DNA of 64,000 nucleotides, taken from positions 38,378,001 through 38,442,000 of the forward strand of contig OX597815.1 of NCBI GenBank assembly GCA_951406725.2, in the 5' to 3' direction. Positions within the stretch are counted from its first letter, which is position 1, and the number at the start of each line of letters is the position of its first letter. Position numbers and translations under genes: made by a program. Of the stretch, positions 43,931 to 59,169 are shown piece after piece. This DNA comes from Octopus vulgaris (Eukaryota). The notes beneath the pieces were generated by a model. That model was given only the letters and a program-made list of their open reading frames with translations. It was not told where the DNA came from and did not search any database.

Positions 43931-46900
43931 TTGAATCAACTTCCTTTATTGTAACAGAGTTGATGTTTTGAACTACCATGGATCGTTCTGCAGATTAGTC
44001 TGTTAGTTAATTTCTCGGCACGGTTGTATACATAGGTGTACATATATGTTGATATGAAATGTATATATATATATATATATATATTATATTTGGGCGAATG
44101 TTGATGTAATATCTATTATAGAAGTAATAAGATTATGAAACACGTAAACGAGTGGAATAAACACTGGTTTATTTGTATGATTCGGTTCCAGTATCCAACT
44201 GCCTTGCATAATAACAAATTATTTAAGATAATTAGTTTACCATGCTAAAATTGTCTACCATTTTACAGCTGTGTTTTGTACTATCTCAGCTCATTAGTTG
44301 CTACTATGGAGAGTGTTGTTAAAGTTTATTGGCAAGTTGGCTTTTTAATTGGGTGTCGAGCGTTTCTAATCACGGCAGTTATCACTGTTCTGCTCAGAAT
44401 TTGTCCCGCTTACAAGTTCATTCAATGTTTCTGCGACAGAATCTTAAGTAATGGCCAGATTTTAAGGAGATATTTTGAACTGATTGAATTCTAAAGCATG
44501 CACTTAAAGTATAAAGATCCGCGATCACTATTCATTGCAATTTTCCAGTTCTCTTGTTATAATTGCACACTTTCTCTGTATTAAAGTGCATGTACATTAC
44601 TTTATGTTGGATTTGAATTCTCTAGTATTCTTTTATTCTTTAATTGTTTCAGTCATTTAACTGCGGCCGTGCTGGAACACTGCTTATGCTAATATTTTTT
44701 ATATTCCTTTACATTCTGATTTTAATTCGTCTGAGTTCATTTTTGCTTTTCATTCCTTCAGAATTGATAAAATAAAGAACCAATCAAGAATTAAGACTGA
44801 TGCTATTGACTCGAAACGTGTGCACCTAAATTAGAAGCCATTAAGTGCGGTACTTTGGCAGGACTGTAGAAGCCTCGTACAAAATACTTCGTAGTATTAC
44901 TTCCTCTACACTTGACAATTTTTATGTGCGTACCTATTAAAAGAACCTGATTTCAGTGTCGAAAATTACTTCGTTATTTTTTGGATTTAATTACTTTGTA
45001 TTAGAGTAATGTATTAGAACTAACTTGTCATATCTAATCTCATACTCATCATGACGCCACGGCTGAATCTGAGTGAAGTTGTCGCAGATATTGAGATGGA
45101 TATAGTTTCTTCTATCTGGGTTTAAATAATCTAAGTAGAAGAGATGGCTTATTGTGTCGCCATAACATTTATAATTCATGGTAGTGTGATTAAATGGACA
45201 AAGATAAAATATTCTTGCATAAATTACTTTTCATACGAAAACAGTTCAACGTTTTAACATGGTACCATTATCGACATATTGCTTATTTTATTTGTTACTC
45301 ATGCAGAGCTTTTCCGGGTGTGTGGTATGCTTCTTTCTTTTATCAAACCACGTCATGTTTAACATTTTCCGTATTGTCTGCTCTGCTTACCAATAGCTAC
45401 TTAGTAAATTACCTCAAAGCAGTCTTTCTACTCTTCTGCTAAGATATCTGTCTATGATTCAAACTCAGTTTATATGATGTATTTATTGTTGCTAAATAGA
45501 TCCTTGGTCTGTAGTTTTGAATGTCCATACAATTTCATTTCTAAGAATTAGCATCGCTTCTAGTAATCGGCGAGCTGTTACTTCGTGTTTCGTGTTTACA
45601 TTTTTTATTTAGTTTTCCCCCTTATTTTTAATATCAGGACCTGCCCCACCTCTTTTACACACTTTAGGGATACATATTTTATATTTTTGTCAGTGTTGTC
45701 AAACACATATTATATTTAAGATTACTTGAGTGCCATCTTATTGTAATGCATTCAAACCCTAGAATCAAACCATGGTTCTAAAGATATCCACACCCCTGAT
45801 ACAGAGAGGTAATTTGTAAAGACTCTTGAAAACAAACGGAGGAAGGAAAGGGACTTCAAGAAACAGATGAAGGTTGCATCGGCATTTGAGACTAAAAGAA
45901 GTCTTGCAGTATTGATATTATTGACCACAAAGAACTGATGGAATGTCCTTGATTATGGGTCTACTCAGTTATAGCTATCATGACTGCCAACATCATTTCC
46001 AAACAAAGGAATATAAGTTTGAAAGCAGGTGCAACGGAGTTATAGCTAGATCTTGTGAACAATATCTCCATGAGGTTTCAATGCACAAGTTTCCAATATC
46101 CATGTAGCTAATGATATGTCAGTAGAAGGGCACCTGTACGTCATGATCTGGATGCGATCCGGTTTCCTTAAAGTATAAGAAGTTGAGAGCCTAAACATTT
46201 GCCTGAGGAAGTGTTTCTCCTCTGAAGATTCTCTGTTGTTCATCTCACCCGAGCTTTTCTTACCAATTTCTTATCAATATTGTTTAAATTAGGGCTTGCT
46301 TCTCTCAAAATAATTTCTTGTTTATCGTTAGCTTACATACGTTCATACTTACAGAAACTTCAGAATTATAATATCTGACCTTTTGAATGCTTTGATAGGT
46401 ACTGTTACAAAACAACATTTGCGCAGTCTTATGCATAACCAAACTGAAAAACATGGTTATGGCACAATTGTTTTTACTATGATACTTTACGTTATATATA
46501 TGCATTATCACTACAAAATATTTTTAAATGTCTCTTGGGATTTCTTTTCGGTTTACTAAAATAGAACCAAACAAAAGAACAATCAGATTGTGGACTATGT
46601 AATTATAAATCTTTGGAAAGAGCAAAACATCTGCTTTCCTAATGTTACTAGACTAACTGTCACTAACATTTATGTTGTTTACGTATTTGGCTATTTAATT
46701 AAGTTTCTTTGGCTAATGAATTTGATCCTTTAATGTTCTGAGCAAACAACGAAGTTCCCTCTGTGTGGCTGCAAGACATGATAGAAATAACAACGCAAAG
46801 TTCCCCTCTGTTCAGATCTGACTATCTTAAAAGAGAGGAAGAAACATTGGATACTGTATTTTTAGATCACCATAAAGAACTGGATGGTTACGTCTAGAAT

Positions 46901-49900
46901 GACTTTGACTATAGGCCTGCTCAATCAAATCTGATCTGGGTAAAAATAACAATGACCATTAGTGCTTAATTTATTTGAAGCAATGGTGTTTTCTATTAGA
47001 TTCGCCATTATTTTAAATCGTTTACAGATGCAAAGATCAAGGCTCTTGATGCCAAAATAGATTTTAAATAAATATATCCTAGAGTTTCAATTTCAATATT
47101 TGGCAGAGAATAATGTCTGGTTTCTTAAATACATAATACGAAGAACCATCAGCGTCAGATTCAATCGAGATGAATTTGAACAGAGAAAGTTGAGTAATTA
47201 TAGATTAGTTCTGCAACCGTCGTTGCCAGTAAATCGGTATCTTTACATTGTTATATAGTTATATATATATAGTTTGAATGAAAAAGCTTTGGAGTAACAA
47301 CAACGATAATTTACTATACACATGCACGCACATACACACACGCACACCCACACATGCACACGCGCACATTCTTTTATTCTTTTACTTGTTTCAGTCATTA
47401 GAATGTGACCGTGTAGGGTATGCACAAAAATACCCATACACAAATGTGGTTTTCGTGACATTTTGTGTCCCTTTGTCTTTATATTATCTGTTAATGTTAA
47501 ACAAATATCACCATTACACAAACAGCATCGTCTGTTTGTGATCTCATGTGATATTTGCAGTCATTGTATTGATCGTATACGAAGGATTAAGGAAATTATT
47601 ACCTTATTTCAAAACGGGTAAAAGTTGGCAACAGGAAGATCACTCAGCTGTATAAAATTTATCTCAAGGACATTCAGTTAAAAATGCAGGCATGGTAAAG
47701 TGAAAGCTTAAATTCCACATTTGCCTTCATTCATCTCATTGGAATCTATAAAATATTACTGGTAATATACTACGTAGATCGAATTTGAATGTATTTCTTC
47801 CATATACTTTAGCATCTAAAAATTATATAATTTTCCTATTAAGTTTTTGCAGCATATCTACAAACATTGTTTCAATTGATACCACAAATTAGTGAATAAT
47901 CATTTTGACGCAACGAAAATCCTCTCTCTGTTTCGACCACTTTTGCTTCTTGAAAATAGATGTAATGGCGATTCATCTGAGATAAGTATATGTGTGCCTT
48001 CTCACCACTTGGAAAGAAATTTCTTTCCACTGAAATTTCTAACGAGAATCACTCTAAGTCTCCATTCAGAACACCGCGACTTGCCGTGATTTACTGAAAC
48101 TCAATCGTTCTGGAATTTCAGGTTTTCATGTTGTACTACCAACAACGTATTTAAAGTGTCCACTGCCTTAAATTCACACTAGAATCTTTGTCTTTCTGTA
48201 CAAAGGATTTAGCAGAGTTATAGTAGTGTAATAACAAGGGAAAATATGACCGGTTCATTTTAAAATGTTTACCCAATGGTACATAGAGTAGATATGAAAT
48301 AAGCCATGGATATAGTAAGAGGTTTCTTAGTGTCCAGAAGACTTACTTTTATCCAGATTGTAGTAGCTACGCATCTAGTCAACATTCTGACTAAATCACA
48401 TTCGAGTGCTAAAAAGTAACCAGTTCCCTGAATTTTTTGTAAACAAGGGTATGTATCTGGGTGTGATAATCTTTTACTGACTTCATGTGTGAATACAGGC
48501 GGAGTTTTGAACCTAAAATATAATCATTATTTGATAACGAAATACCTAATCAAATACGCGTCATCGCAATTTTTGAGTGAGCATTTTCTGGGTAGCCATT
48601 TAAGTTAGCGGAATCAAATTAAGACGTAACCCATCCAGTGTATATGTACCTTGATTCTATTGATGACGGAAAGTATCATTTACAGTATAAACGAACGAAT
48701 GCTTGATTTTTTTTTAACTGTCAATGAAAATGCTTTAATTCCCAGGCAAAACGACATCACTGTTCTGCTCTTCGGGAAGGCTTTGAACGTCGAGTATTCC
48801 ACATCTTTGTAATTCAAACTGTAAGAGATATTTGTTTTACAAAACCAAACAGCAACAACTGGATGACACTGTCTAAATAGATAAACTCATGTGAAAGGAA
48901 AACTACTATTAAGTTAAGTTAGATGACAATCGTTTCCATCGATTGCGTTTTTTTTATGGTTAGAGTATCGACAAAAATTTCGCGATACACACACACACAC
49001 GCACACACGCACTCACATACACACACTCACACACACACACTCATACACTCACACAAACATACATACATACATACATACATACATACATACATACATACAT
49101 ACGTACGTACGTACATACATACATACATACATACATACATACATACATACATACATACATACATACATACAGTATGTATAACATTTATAATATATGTGCA
49201 AAAGTAGAACGATAGTAGCAATAATATTCTGTCTCCAAGTATCTTCCCAAGGAGATTTTGTATTAAAAATATAGGGCAGCTTCGTTCCGGATATCTAGAT
49301 CTCTAGACACGATGTTTTGACATAGGTTGGCGTCCTTGGTGATATGTCTCTTCGAGAAGTTTCTCTTAGACAAAACATCACGGTTAGTGACTTTCCGCGT
49401 GTGTATCACTTTAAACGTTATATACACGACTATCTTTTATCTAGTGAAATTTCAAGTAATATCATTAATGTAGTTCTAGTATAGCTAGCTTTTACACAAA
49501 TCAGGAATTGTTTTGTTTACCGATTTCTATACAGGAATAAGTGGGGATACAAAAGTAGATCGAAACACCATCTTTGGGGATTCACCGGCATTTACTGCAA
49601 AGGTCTATGTTTATTGGCACGAAAGTTGTTTTGAGAAGTATCTCTTAGACAAAATATTACAGCCAGTGCCACACTAGTACTTTAATCTAGTAGCGTTCCA
49701 ACGCAAACATACAATACACACACACACATGTAGGGAGAGAGAGAGAGTTAAAGAAGATTTTTCAGAATAATAAACTAAGACAGCAAAAGCAAGGGTTTTT
49801 TTTAACGTTGAATGAACAAGAAACTGGCGCAAAGAATGTTAGAAACCTAAAGGTAGTTAATAATTGTATGTAGTAAATACATTAAAAATCGTTGTTTACA

Positions 49901-51380
49901 ATATTTGTTTGTTATTGCATACATTATCCAAGCTATTATAAATTGATCTTGATATCATATCTGAGATAATTTGTTACAGCTTAAACTAAATCCTCTTGGA
50001 ATTAATATCCATTGACTATATAACTGTCCAAACTAATTCACATCGTTAACATCATTTATACAAGATACTTCTTTTATTCTCTCAACCTAGATTTTCATTG
50101 TCAAGACATGTTTAAAACAATAATAAAGGAAGCTCTATGTTTAAAGGTTACGTGTTAGCAGAGCCGCTTGCACATCAGACGAGACAACTTACAGTATTCA
50201 TTTTCTAATTTCAATGATCTAAATTCAAATGTCATCAAGTACATATTTATTTTTCATGTTAGTAATAGGTATATCCTTTATATGAAAGGGTCAATTTAAT
50301 CATTTCCAAGTTCACTAATGAAAACTTTAAACTTCAGATGAACCAGAGACAATAAGATAATAGCCCATTGTTGTTTTAAGATCTTAATTTTATAAATATA
50401 AAATCCTAAAATTTCGTGGAAAAATATAAAACGAGAACTTTCACATTCATGAGTAAAAAAAGATTTTATGTTGTCTTCGAGTACGTAAAAACAACACATC
50501 ACTTCACTCTGTCTTTTAAACAAATTTGTGGGTTTTTTCTCTTTCTGGGAAAGGAATAGTCTAATAAATGCTATTTGGATTATGCATAAGTTTTCTTATT
50601 CTCTATGTCAATAACTACACATTCTCAAAGCACAATCGGTAAAGTGGACTTCGTACCCATAAAAGTCACTTGTATCTAGACGAAATTTTTGAAATGAAAT
50701 AATCCATCATGAAAGAAGGCAATTAACGTACAACAGGAATACAAAAAGGTGTCTTTTGAATAAATACAAAGAACTCTTGAATAGATACAAAGAACTTTCA
50801 TTTCAAGAGGTTTGATGTTCATACACTTCGCAAATAGTATTAGCAGTATTCAAGAAAGGAAATAATTTCAACCAGCAACTGATATTTCCACTTATGTCCC
50901 AAGGATTGTCATGCATTATAACATTCTGCTCAGGGCTCCCGTATAAATGGACAAACCGAGAAAAACAGTCGTTTACACAGGTTTTTCTCTAATTCGTCGT
51001 ATGTATATTGTTTGTATGTAAGGTCTTCCATACTTTTTAATCTATATGGTCGTATATTGACATTGGAAAATATTCTTAGTGGTTTTCACATTTATTGATT
51101 TATTGTTTATTTATACGTTGTAATAGTGTATTATTACTTGGTTAGAGAATATTATAAAAGTGAAATGATTTTGTCTATTCATTTATTTCGACTGTCCACC
51201 TGCGACGGTGATTAAATTGACTAGGAACACTGTACGCGATGAATATCCAATACCAAACAATCTTAATCTCCAAACTTCATTAAACTTTGGCAAGTTTACG
51301 TTTACCTATTATGAGTTACTTGAAAGGTGATGTTCTCTTCCCTCTCTTCTACTTGTTGATACATTTGTTTTAGGGGGGTA

Positions 51381-51760
51381 GCACTCCGTCGGTTACGACG
51401 ACGAGAGTTCCGGTTGATCCGAATCAACGGAACAGCCTGCTCGTGAAATTAACCTGTAAGTGGCTGAGCACTCCACAGACACGTGTACCCTTAACGTAGT
51501 TCTCGGGGATATTCAGCGTGACACAGAGAGTGACAAGGCCGGCCCCTTGAAATACAGGTACAACAGAAACAGGAAGTAAGAGTGAGAGAAAGTTGTGGTG
51601 AAAGAGTACAGCAGGGATCACCACCATCCCCTGCCGGAGCCTCGTGGAGCTTTAGGTGTTTTCGCTCAATAAACACTCACAACGCCCCGTCTGGGAATCG
51701 AAACCGCGATCCTATGACCGCGAGTCCGCTGCCCTAACCACTGGGCCATTGCGCCTCCAC
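51381..51760 (-). mobile_element. SINE family C, full length with TSD
   Basis: Highly similar to 40690-41070; 11-bp TSD tacatttgttt at 51360-51370 and 51761-51771. Confidence 0.9.
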
Positions 51761-52988
51761 TACATTTGTTTACCTACCAATGCGTTGTTTCACTTTAAGG
51801 ATGCTTATTTACTCATCCATTGCGATATTTCGAACGCGACATCTCTTCACTGCGAACTGCTAAAAGATTCAAAGCAGTATTCATGAACAGAAGTCAAACT
51901 CTTTCATCTTTTCACGTTTCGTTACCTGAAGTCAATTTTAGAATGGTCGTACATTATAAGCACGTCACAAATACATTCTTTTAGCTCTACATTCTCAAGT
52001 AGGTATTATATCGCCATTTTTTAATGTACCAATCATACCACTCTCCGAAAAAATAGCTCCTTTTGCTGTTGAATTAAATAAACTCGTAGAGGGGAAGTTT
52101 GAACGTCTTCCTTCAATTTCCTTTCACCATTTATATGACAGTTTCTGGCAAGAAATTTCGCATTCATGTAAAACAACTATATTTTGTAGTCATTATCCGT
52201 AATCTACTCCCCAAAACTTCAATAGTTCTACTTTGTATCGCTTGCAAACTTATATGCTCTATGATCATTAATGTGGAACGACCTCCACAATAACCAGCCT
52301 TCAATTTGGCTTTCTGTTCCTAGGTTAATGGGAAACATAGATTGCCGTGCAACTCATAAACCTCGGTAGTTGAATTATTCGGTGAAAAAAATACCACCAA
52401 AGCAACTTGAACCGTCCATAGAACGGGTGTGTTTGCTAGTGGCTGGGATCCATATTTTTGGGGACCGACATGACTTAGATGATTACCTATTTAATAGGAG
52501 TTTAATATTATGTACAGTAGCAATTATATTATGCAACCTGCAATCAGTGGTACTGATCAGATATAAGAATAAGAATAATAGCGATGTGTCTGGTCTGCGA
52601 AAATTCTAGTTGTGTATGCGAACCTGAAGACGGTTATTCAATCTAACTATATCTCATACAATATCACTATCTGTGCCGTCTACAAAGGAAGACGAGATAG
52701 CTTCACAACAGTAACGTTTTATTTTCACATCCTCAATAACGTACTAATAAAATTTATACAACATTAGTGGTTATATTTCACCATAGATGAAGCCGGTGTA
52801 TGGCTTAACGTGATCAGCAAATTAAACAAGAGATTTTCTTTAAACAGGTGTCTTTACTGTTTGTTAGGCCAATTACTTACATGATGTTTTGTGCATAACA
52901 TTAAGTTAGGTCAATGGAATTCAATGTAAAGTATAGTTAGGTGAGTCTAAGAATGTGCGTATTTCACAGTAATATTTCATTTCGTATT

Positions 52989-53200
52989 AAGGTGGTGAGC
53001 TAGCAGAATTGTTAGCACACAGGGCAAGAAGTTTAGCGGTGTTTCGTCTTCATACATTCCATGTTAAAATTTCGCCGAGGTCAACTTTGCATTTCATTCT
53101 TTCAGGGTCAATAAAGTAAGTACCAATTGAGCACTGGGGTCGATATAAACTACTTTCCTCTCTCCCTGAAATTTCTGGCCTTGTGCCAAATTTGAAATCA
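52989..53200 (+). mobile_element. SINE family B
   Basis: Similar to 16561-16730 with a different tail. Confidence 0.7.
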
Positions 53201-53509
53201 AAATTTTACATCATTAAAATCAAACTCTTGATTGTCAGTGATATAATAAGAAAGTTTCTAATCTAGGTTGTTAAAATTAGAAAATGGTATTGAGTTAAAG
53301 AAGCAAAATATTACATTTGGTTAATAAAGAACTGTATTCTGATCTTTGGGCATAATTTGAAAACTACTCAGAAGTCCAAAATTGTATAATCAACAATGAA
53401 CACAAAACAGGTTGTGTTATATAGAGATTTGAGTGTATATTAACATCATACATACGATAGTATTTTTGTGGACTTTATTGAAATTAGTAAATATTCGCAA
53501 AAGTAATAC

Positions 53510-53678
53510 TGATTTCAAATTTTGTCACAAGGCCAGCAATTTTGTGTGAAGAGTAAATCGATTACATAAACGCCAGAGCTCAACTGGTACTTATTTTATC
53601 GACCTCAAAACGTAGAGACGTAGGATATGCCGCTTAGCATTAAGCCCGGTGTGCTAACGATCCTGCCAGCTCGCTCAT
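53510..53678 (-). mobile_element. SINE family B, degenerate
   Basis: caactggtacttattttatcgacc and gtgctaacgatcctgccagctcgc. Confidence 0.6.
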
Positions 53679-54204
53679 TTTAGTCACATAGTAATATTAT
53701 TAAAACTAACTCAATAGCTATTGCAAGATATGATACGGATGACATTTTTACGTTATTCGTAGAAATGTTAACATTAAGGATTAAGAAAATGTACAAGTGG
53801 GAGAAGGAAGCAATATTGATGCAAGAAATTTTCATACTTGAAAAATATGTTGCCAACGAATTTAATGCAGTCTTACAAAGAATAGCAGAGACTTAATACA
53901 GTCCACATAAGTAGCTTCATTAAAACGTTGCCATAGCAAATTTAAAGGTTTACACGCATTACAAACATTACATGTGATCTCAGTATCTAGAATTAAGCAG
54001 CAATTCTGAACTGAGTAAAGAGTCGATTATTATATACGTGGCAAATGGGGAGATATTTAATAGCTCTCGAGATATTTTGTGTCAGAGAATGTAATGGTCT
54101 GCTGGACCTAATAAATGTTACAATGTAAGTACTTGAATAGAAGCATCAAAATATATACCAACGTAAGTTGTTTGGGAGTTTGTACTATGATACAATAGCA
54201 TGTA

Positions 54205-54247
<43 letters not shown>

Positions 54248-54330
54248 GGTCCCGGGTTGATTCGGGGTTAACCACAGTAAATAAGGTACTCAATACATAG
54301 CAGAGTAAAATTAATTTATTATATAGAAGG

Positions 54331-54381
54331 AGCTTCTACAGGACTAGAACTGTTTCATTCAAGAGAAATCATCAGGAAGCT
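54331..54381 (-). ncRNA. Type I hammerhead ribozyme (canonical core)
   Basis: Exact reverse complement of 57196-57246. Confidence 0.82.
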
Positions 54382-54698
54382 AGTTAACAAGAATTGTTTT
54401 GGCATTTATACATTTAGGCAGGTTTAAACTATAGACCTACCCGGCAACCAGATTGACGACACCCCACCCACAAACCCCCCCAATCCCACCGTTCCCCTAG
54501 CACCCCCGATTACCTTTTCTCCTAAGACCTTTCACATGTTGTATGTGTACGCTTGTATATGTGTATCGTATATATGTATAGAAATGTATGGGTATAGTAG
54601 GAATATACGCATGTATTATGTGTGTGTGTGTACGTATGTATGTATATATATATATGTATGAGTGTGTGTGTGTGTGTGTGTATATATGTATATATGTA

Positions 54699-54729
<31 letters not shown>

Positions 54730-54898
54730 GTATGTATATATATATGTATATATATATATATGTGTGTGTATGTGTGTGTATATGTATGTATATATATATA
54801 TATATATAAGTGTACGCTAGTGTGTCGATGTATATGTAGGTATGTAGAGTTATGTGTATGTGCATGTATGTGTGTGTATATACAGATGTGTAGATGGG

Positions 54899-54933
<35 letters not shown>

Positions 54934-55407
54934 ATGTAGGTATGTAGAGTTATACGTATGTGCATGTATGTGTGTATATATGCATGTGTAGATAGGTGTA
55001 TATATATATATATATGTATATATGTATATATATATATATATGTATATATGTGTATATAGATATATATATATATATATATATATGTGTATGTTTATATGAA
55101 TGTTTCCGTCTGTATAAAGGGTAAATGCATGTATATATACTTATTATTTATTATTTATTACTTGAGTATGCGTTTGTATGCATGTATGTATTTATGTATA
55201 TAAGGTGGCGCGTGAGTATGTGTATGTGTATGCACTTGTATAGAAATATGTATACATTTATGCATGTAAGTACTTATGTGTATATACGTGTATATATATG
55301 TGTGTATGTGTATGTGTGTGTGTGTATGAGTATGTATGTATGTATACACACATATGTATATATATATGTGTGTGTATGTATGAGTATGTATGTATGTATA
55401 CGCACAT

Positions 55408-55445
<38 letters not shown>

Positions 55446-55510
55446 ATGTATATATATGTGTGTGTGTGTATGTGTGTATATGTATGTATATATATATGTG
55501 TGTATGTGTA

Positions 55511-55556
<46 letters not shown>

Positions 55557-55664
55557 AATGTGTGTGTATATGTATATATATATATATATGTGCGTAAGTG
55601 TGTGTATATATGTATGTGTAAGTGTGTATATGTTTGCTTGTATGTATATGTATATATATGTGTA

Positions 55665-55695
<31 letters not shown>

Positions 55696-55702
55696 GTATA
55701 TA

Positions 55703-55759
<57 letters not shown>

Positions 55760-56115
55760 ATGTATGTGTGTATATGTACATATACGTGTACGCTCGCGTG
55801 TTTATGTATATGTAGGTATGTAGAGTTATGTATGTATGTATGTATATATACATATGTGTAAATAGGTATATATGTGTAAGTTTATATGTATGTATCCGTC
55901 TGTAGAATAGGTAACTGCACGTATATATATTTATTATTTATTTTTTGAGTATGCATGTAAGTATATGAACATAAGGAGGTGCGCGTGTGTGTGTGTGTAT
56001 GTGTAAGCATATGTATAAATATATGTATACTTTTACGCATGTGTGTACTTATGTGTATATATGGATGCGCGTGTGTGTGTGTGTATGTGTACGCATGTAT
56101 ATGTGTATATGTGTG

Positions 56116-56164
<49 letters not shown>

Positions 56165-56888
56165 GTGTATATGTATGTATGTGTGTATATATATATGTAT
56201 ATGTATATGTGTGGGTGTGTGTATGTGTATATATGTATGTATGTATAGGTGTATGTATATGTATGTATATATACGTATATATATGTGTATGTGTATGTAT
56301 GTGTATGTAGGTGTATATGTATATGTGTATATATATTTATTGGTGTATATGTATGGACTAGTCTTCCGTGGGTGTATTGAGGTATGTATGTGTAAGCGTG
56401 TAGACATGAATCTGTAGGTACGCGTACGTATGTGTATATATGTGAATGTATGTAGATGTATGTATGTATGAATATAACGCGTGCGTGCGTGTATGTGGAT
56501 GAGTGTACGTACGAATGAGAGTGTGTGCGTGCGAATGAGTGTGCGTGCGTGAGTGAGTGCTTGTGTTAAAAAGATAAATGGACTTGCTGTCGTCCCCAGG
56601 GGGACGATAGCCAAGATGCTTGTGACCGCGGTCAAAGATAACAAAAGTAATAAATGAAAATAATAATAAAATTAAAATAAGGGAATTGGTTTGTAAGTGT
56701 ATGTATATGTGTGTATGTGTAGGTATGTATAGGTACACATATGTATATATATATATATGTGTGTATATATGGACATGTGTGTGCATGTGTGTACGTATAT
56801 ATGTGTGTGTATGTGTGTATGTGTATGTGTGTGTATGTATATATTTGTATGTATATGTATGTGTGGGCGTGTGTGTATATATACATGT

Positions 56889-56930
<42 letters not shown>

Positions 56931-57195
56931 GTGTGTATGTATATGTGTGTGTGTGTGTATATATATACATATGTGTATATGTATAACTGAGAGTCTCCTT
57001 ATTTACCTAAAACTCTATTCTTCTATTTATATTTTTTTTATTCTTTTATTTATTCTTTTATCTACTTTACCACTGACTCCTTGACCACTCCCCTAAGTAT
57101 GATATTTTGCGCTATGCCTACCCCCAAAAAGTCCCCCACCACCACCCCTTTAAACCTGCCTAAATGTATAAATTCCAAAACAATTCTTGTTAACT

Positions 57196-57246
57196 AGCTT
57201 CCTGATGATTTCTCTTGAATGAAACAGTTCTAGTCCTGTAGAAGCT
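57196..57246 (+). ncRNA. Type I hammerhead ribozyme (canonical core)
   Basis: agcttc-CTGATGA-t ttc tctt gaa t-GAAA-cag ttctagtc ctg-TA-gaagct. Confidence 0.85.
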
Positions 57247-57261
57247 CCTTCTATATAATAA

Positions 57262-57320
<59 letters not shown>

Positions 57321-57908
57321 GTTCCCTGGTCTACTACGCGGTGTAGTAGCATCTGTTAGGTTCCACGCTATGGGTTTAGCATGTGAACCAATGGGAGTAA
57401 AGGAACCCTAATTCTCGTTAGAACTTCCCTCTAGGAATCGAGGAGAAAACCTGAATTGCATTTGGTTTCTTGTCATTTCAACCTTTGTTATGCCACTGGT
57501 TTTATTGTTTGCGCTGAGAAGTGTGCTCAGTGTTGTGAAACACTTTATCCATTGAAAACAAATTCACGCACATGAACTTCTTGGACTGTCGGAACGTTTA
57601 CACAGACTAACTGAGCTTAGGAATTATTTTTGTGTGTGTGAAAAATGAAAGAGAGTCTTCACATTCTTTCTGCATATTATATTTGCATTAACTATTCATA
57701 GTTATTATCTCAATATTAATAGTAATCATCTCAGTATCTCTTATCTGTGTAATATAAAATTCATTTATTACGTAATTAAATAATTATCCAAATAATTTAA
57801 TTTTAAAAATTAACTAAAAAATCTCCCAGTGTTGTCAATTAGAACCATAATGTTCCGAAGAATCAATCTCTCGCTTTCTTTCTCTATACATATGCACATA
57901 TGCTTATG

Positions 57909-57940
<32 letters not shown>

Positions 57941-57942
57941 TG

Positions 57943-57973
<31 letters not shown>

Positions 57974-58293
57974 GATTTTATTATTTCAAGAATAGCATCC
58001 TGTTTTGTATGTTTGTGTATATGTGCGCATGTGTGTATCTGTGTGGTGTGTGTGCATGCGCACTTGTGTATGTTGAATTTTTACAAGAAGTTTAACATGA
58101 TCTCTACTAAAATTATTGAGTAAATCTTGTTTTAATACAAATGTTTTAATATAGAACTTAAAAGAAATATCCATAGTATTATTTACATGCACACATATAC
58201 GCTCACACACTCAAACACGCAAACACACACACAAACACGCATACAAACACACGCGCTCGCGCGCATATATATATATATATACATATATATATG

Positions 58294-58343
<50 letters not shown>

Positions 58344-58346
58344 TAA

Positions 58347-58456
<110 letters not shown>

Positions 58457-59100
58457 AAGCATACAGTATTATAGATCCATTTCAGCCGGTCTTTTCCATC
58501 AGTTTTTATGTGATATTTTTTTCTCTACCGGTAACTCTGGTACAGTCTTCGGTATTATATATTTACAACTATAACTTATTGAATACTATATATTACTAAA
58601 TTCTAAATTAAGCTCGAAAAACCCATCAGAATTTTATGGGAATAGAATAAATTATATTTTACATACCAACTAAATACATTAACATTTACAGCTTGAATTT
58701 TAGCTTACATTCGCCAACATTTTTTAATCTTTACTTACAAAACGTATTCTTCCGCATTGTAATTTTTCTGCAATTTAAGTTAAAATAATAAACGAAGACA
58801 CATTCTTAATCTATAAACGAAGACACATTTTTAATTTCATGGAAAGGATTTTTTTCCCTAATTTTTCTGTCTTACATTTCGGTTTCAGGTATAGGTTGTA
58901 TCTGTTACTAATTATATTTAGCCGTTCTTATTCTTTTCATATTCTCGTCTTCGAGTCATTTCATGATGGAAGAATATCTTCTTACTACAGCCATTAGCGG
59001 ATTTACCAGTCTTCGGATTACCATTTATTATATACTGTGGTAGTTAATGCCAAGATATGCATTTAAAAAGTTCAATGCTGCTTTTAAATTGAAGCTCTAA

Positions 59101-59164
<64 letters not shown>

Positions 59165-59169
<5 letters not shown>

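Larger units (their letters stand above)
54244..57265 (+). mobile_element. Non-coding PLE-like element: ~115-bp inverted arms with hammerheads flanking 2.7 kb of TA/TG low-complexity DNA
   Basis: 54315-54428 is the reverse complement of 57150-57263 with one mismatch seen; (TA)n on both outer sides. Confidence 0.8.

Noticed and set aside
44000-53000. Possible host exons in the repeat-poor region
   Set aside because: No ORF with recognisable domains or a credible splice pair; short exons cannot be excluded without RNA data
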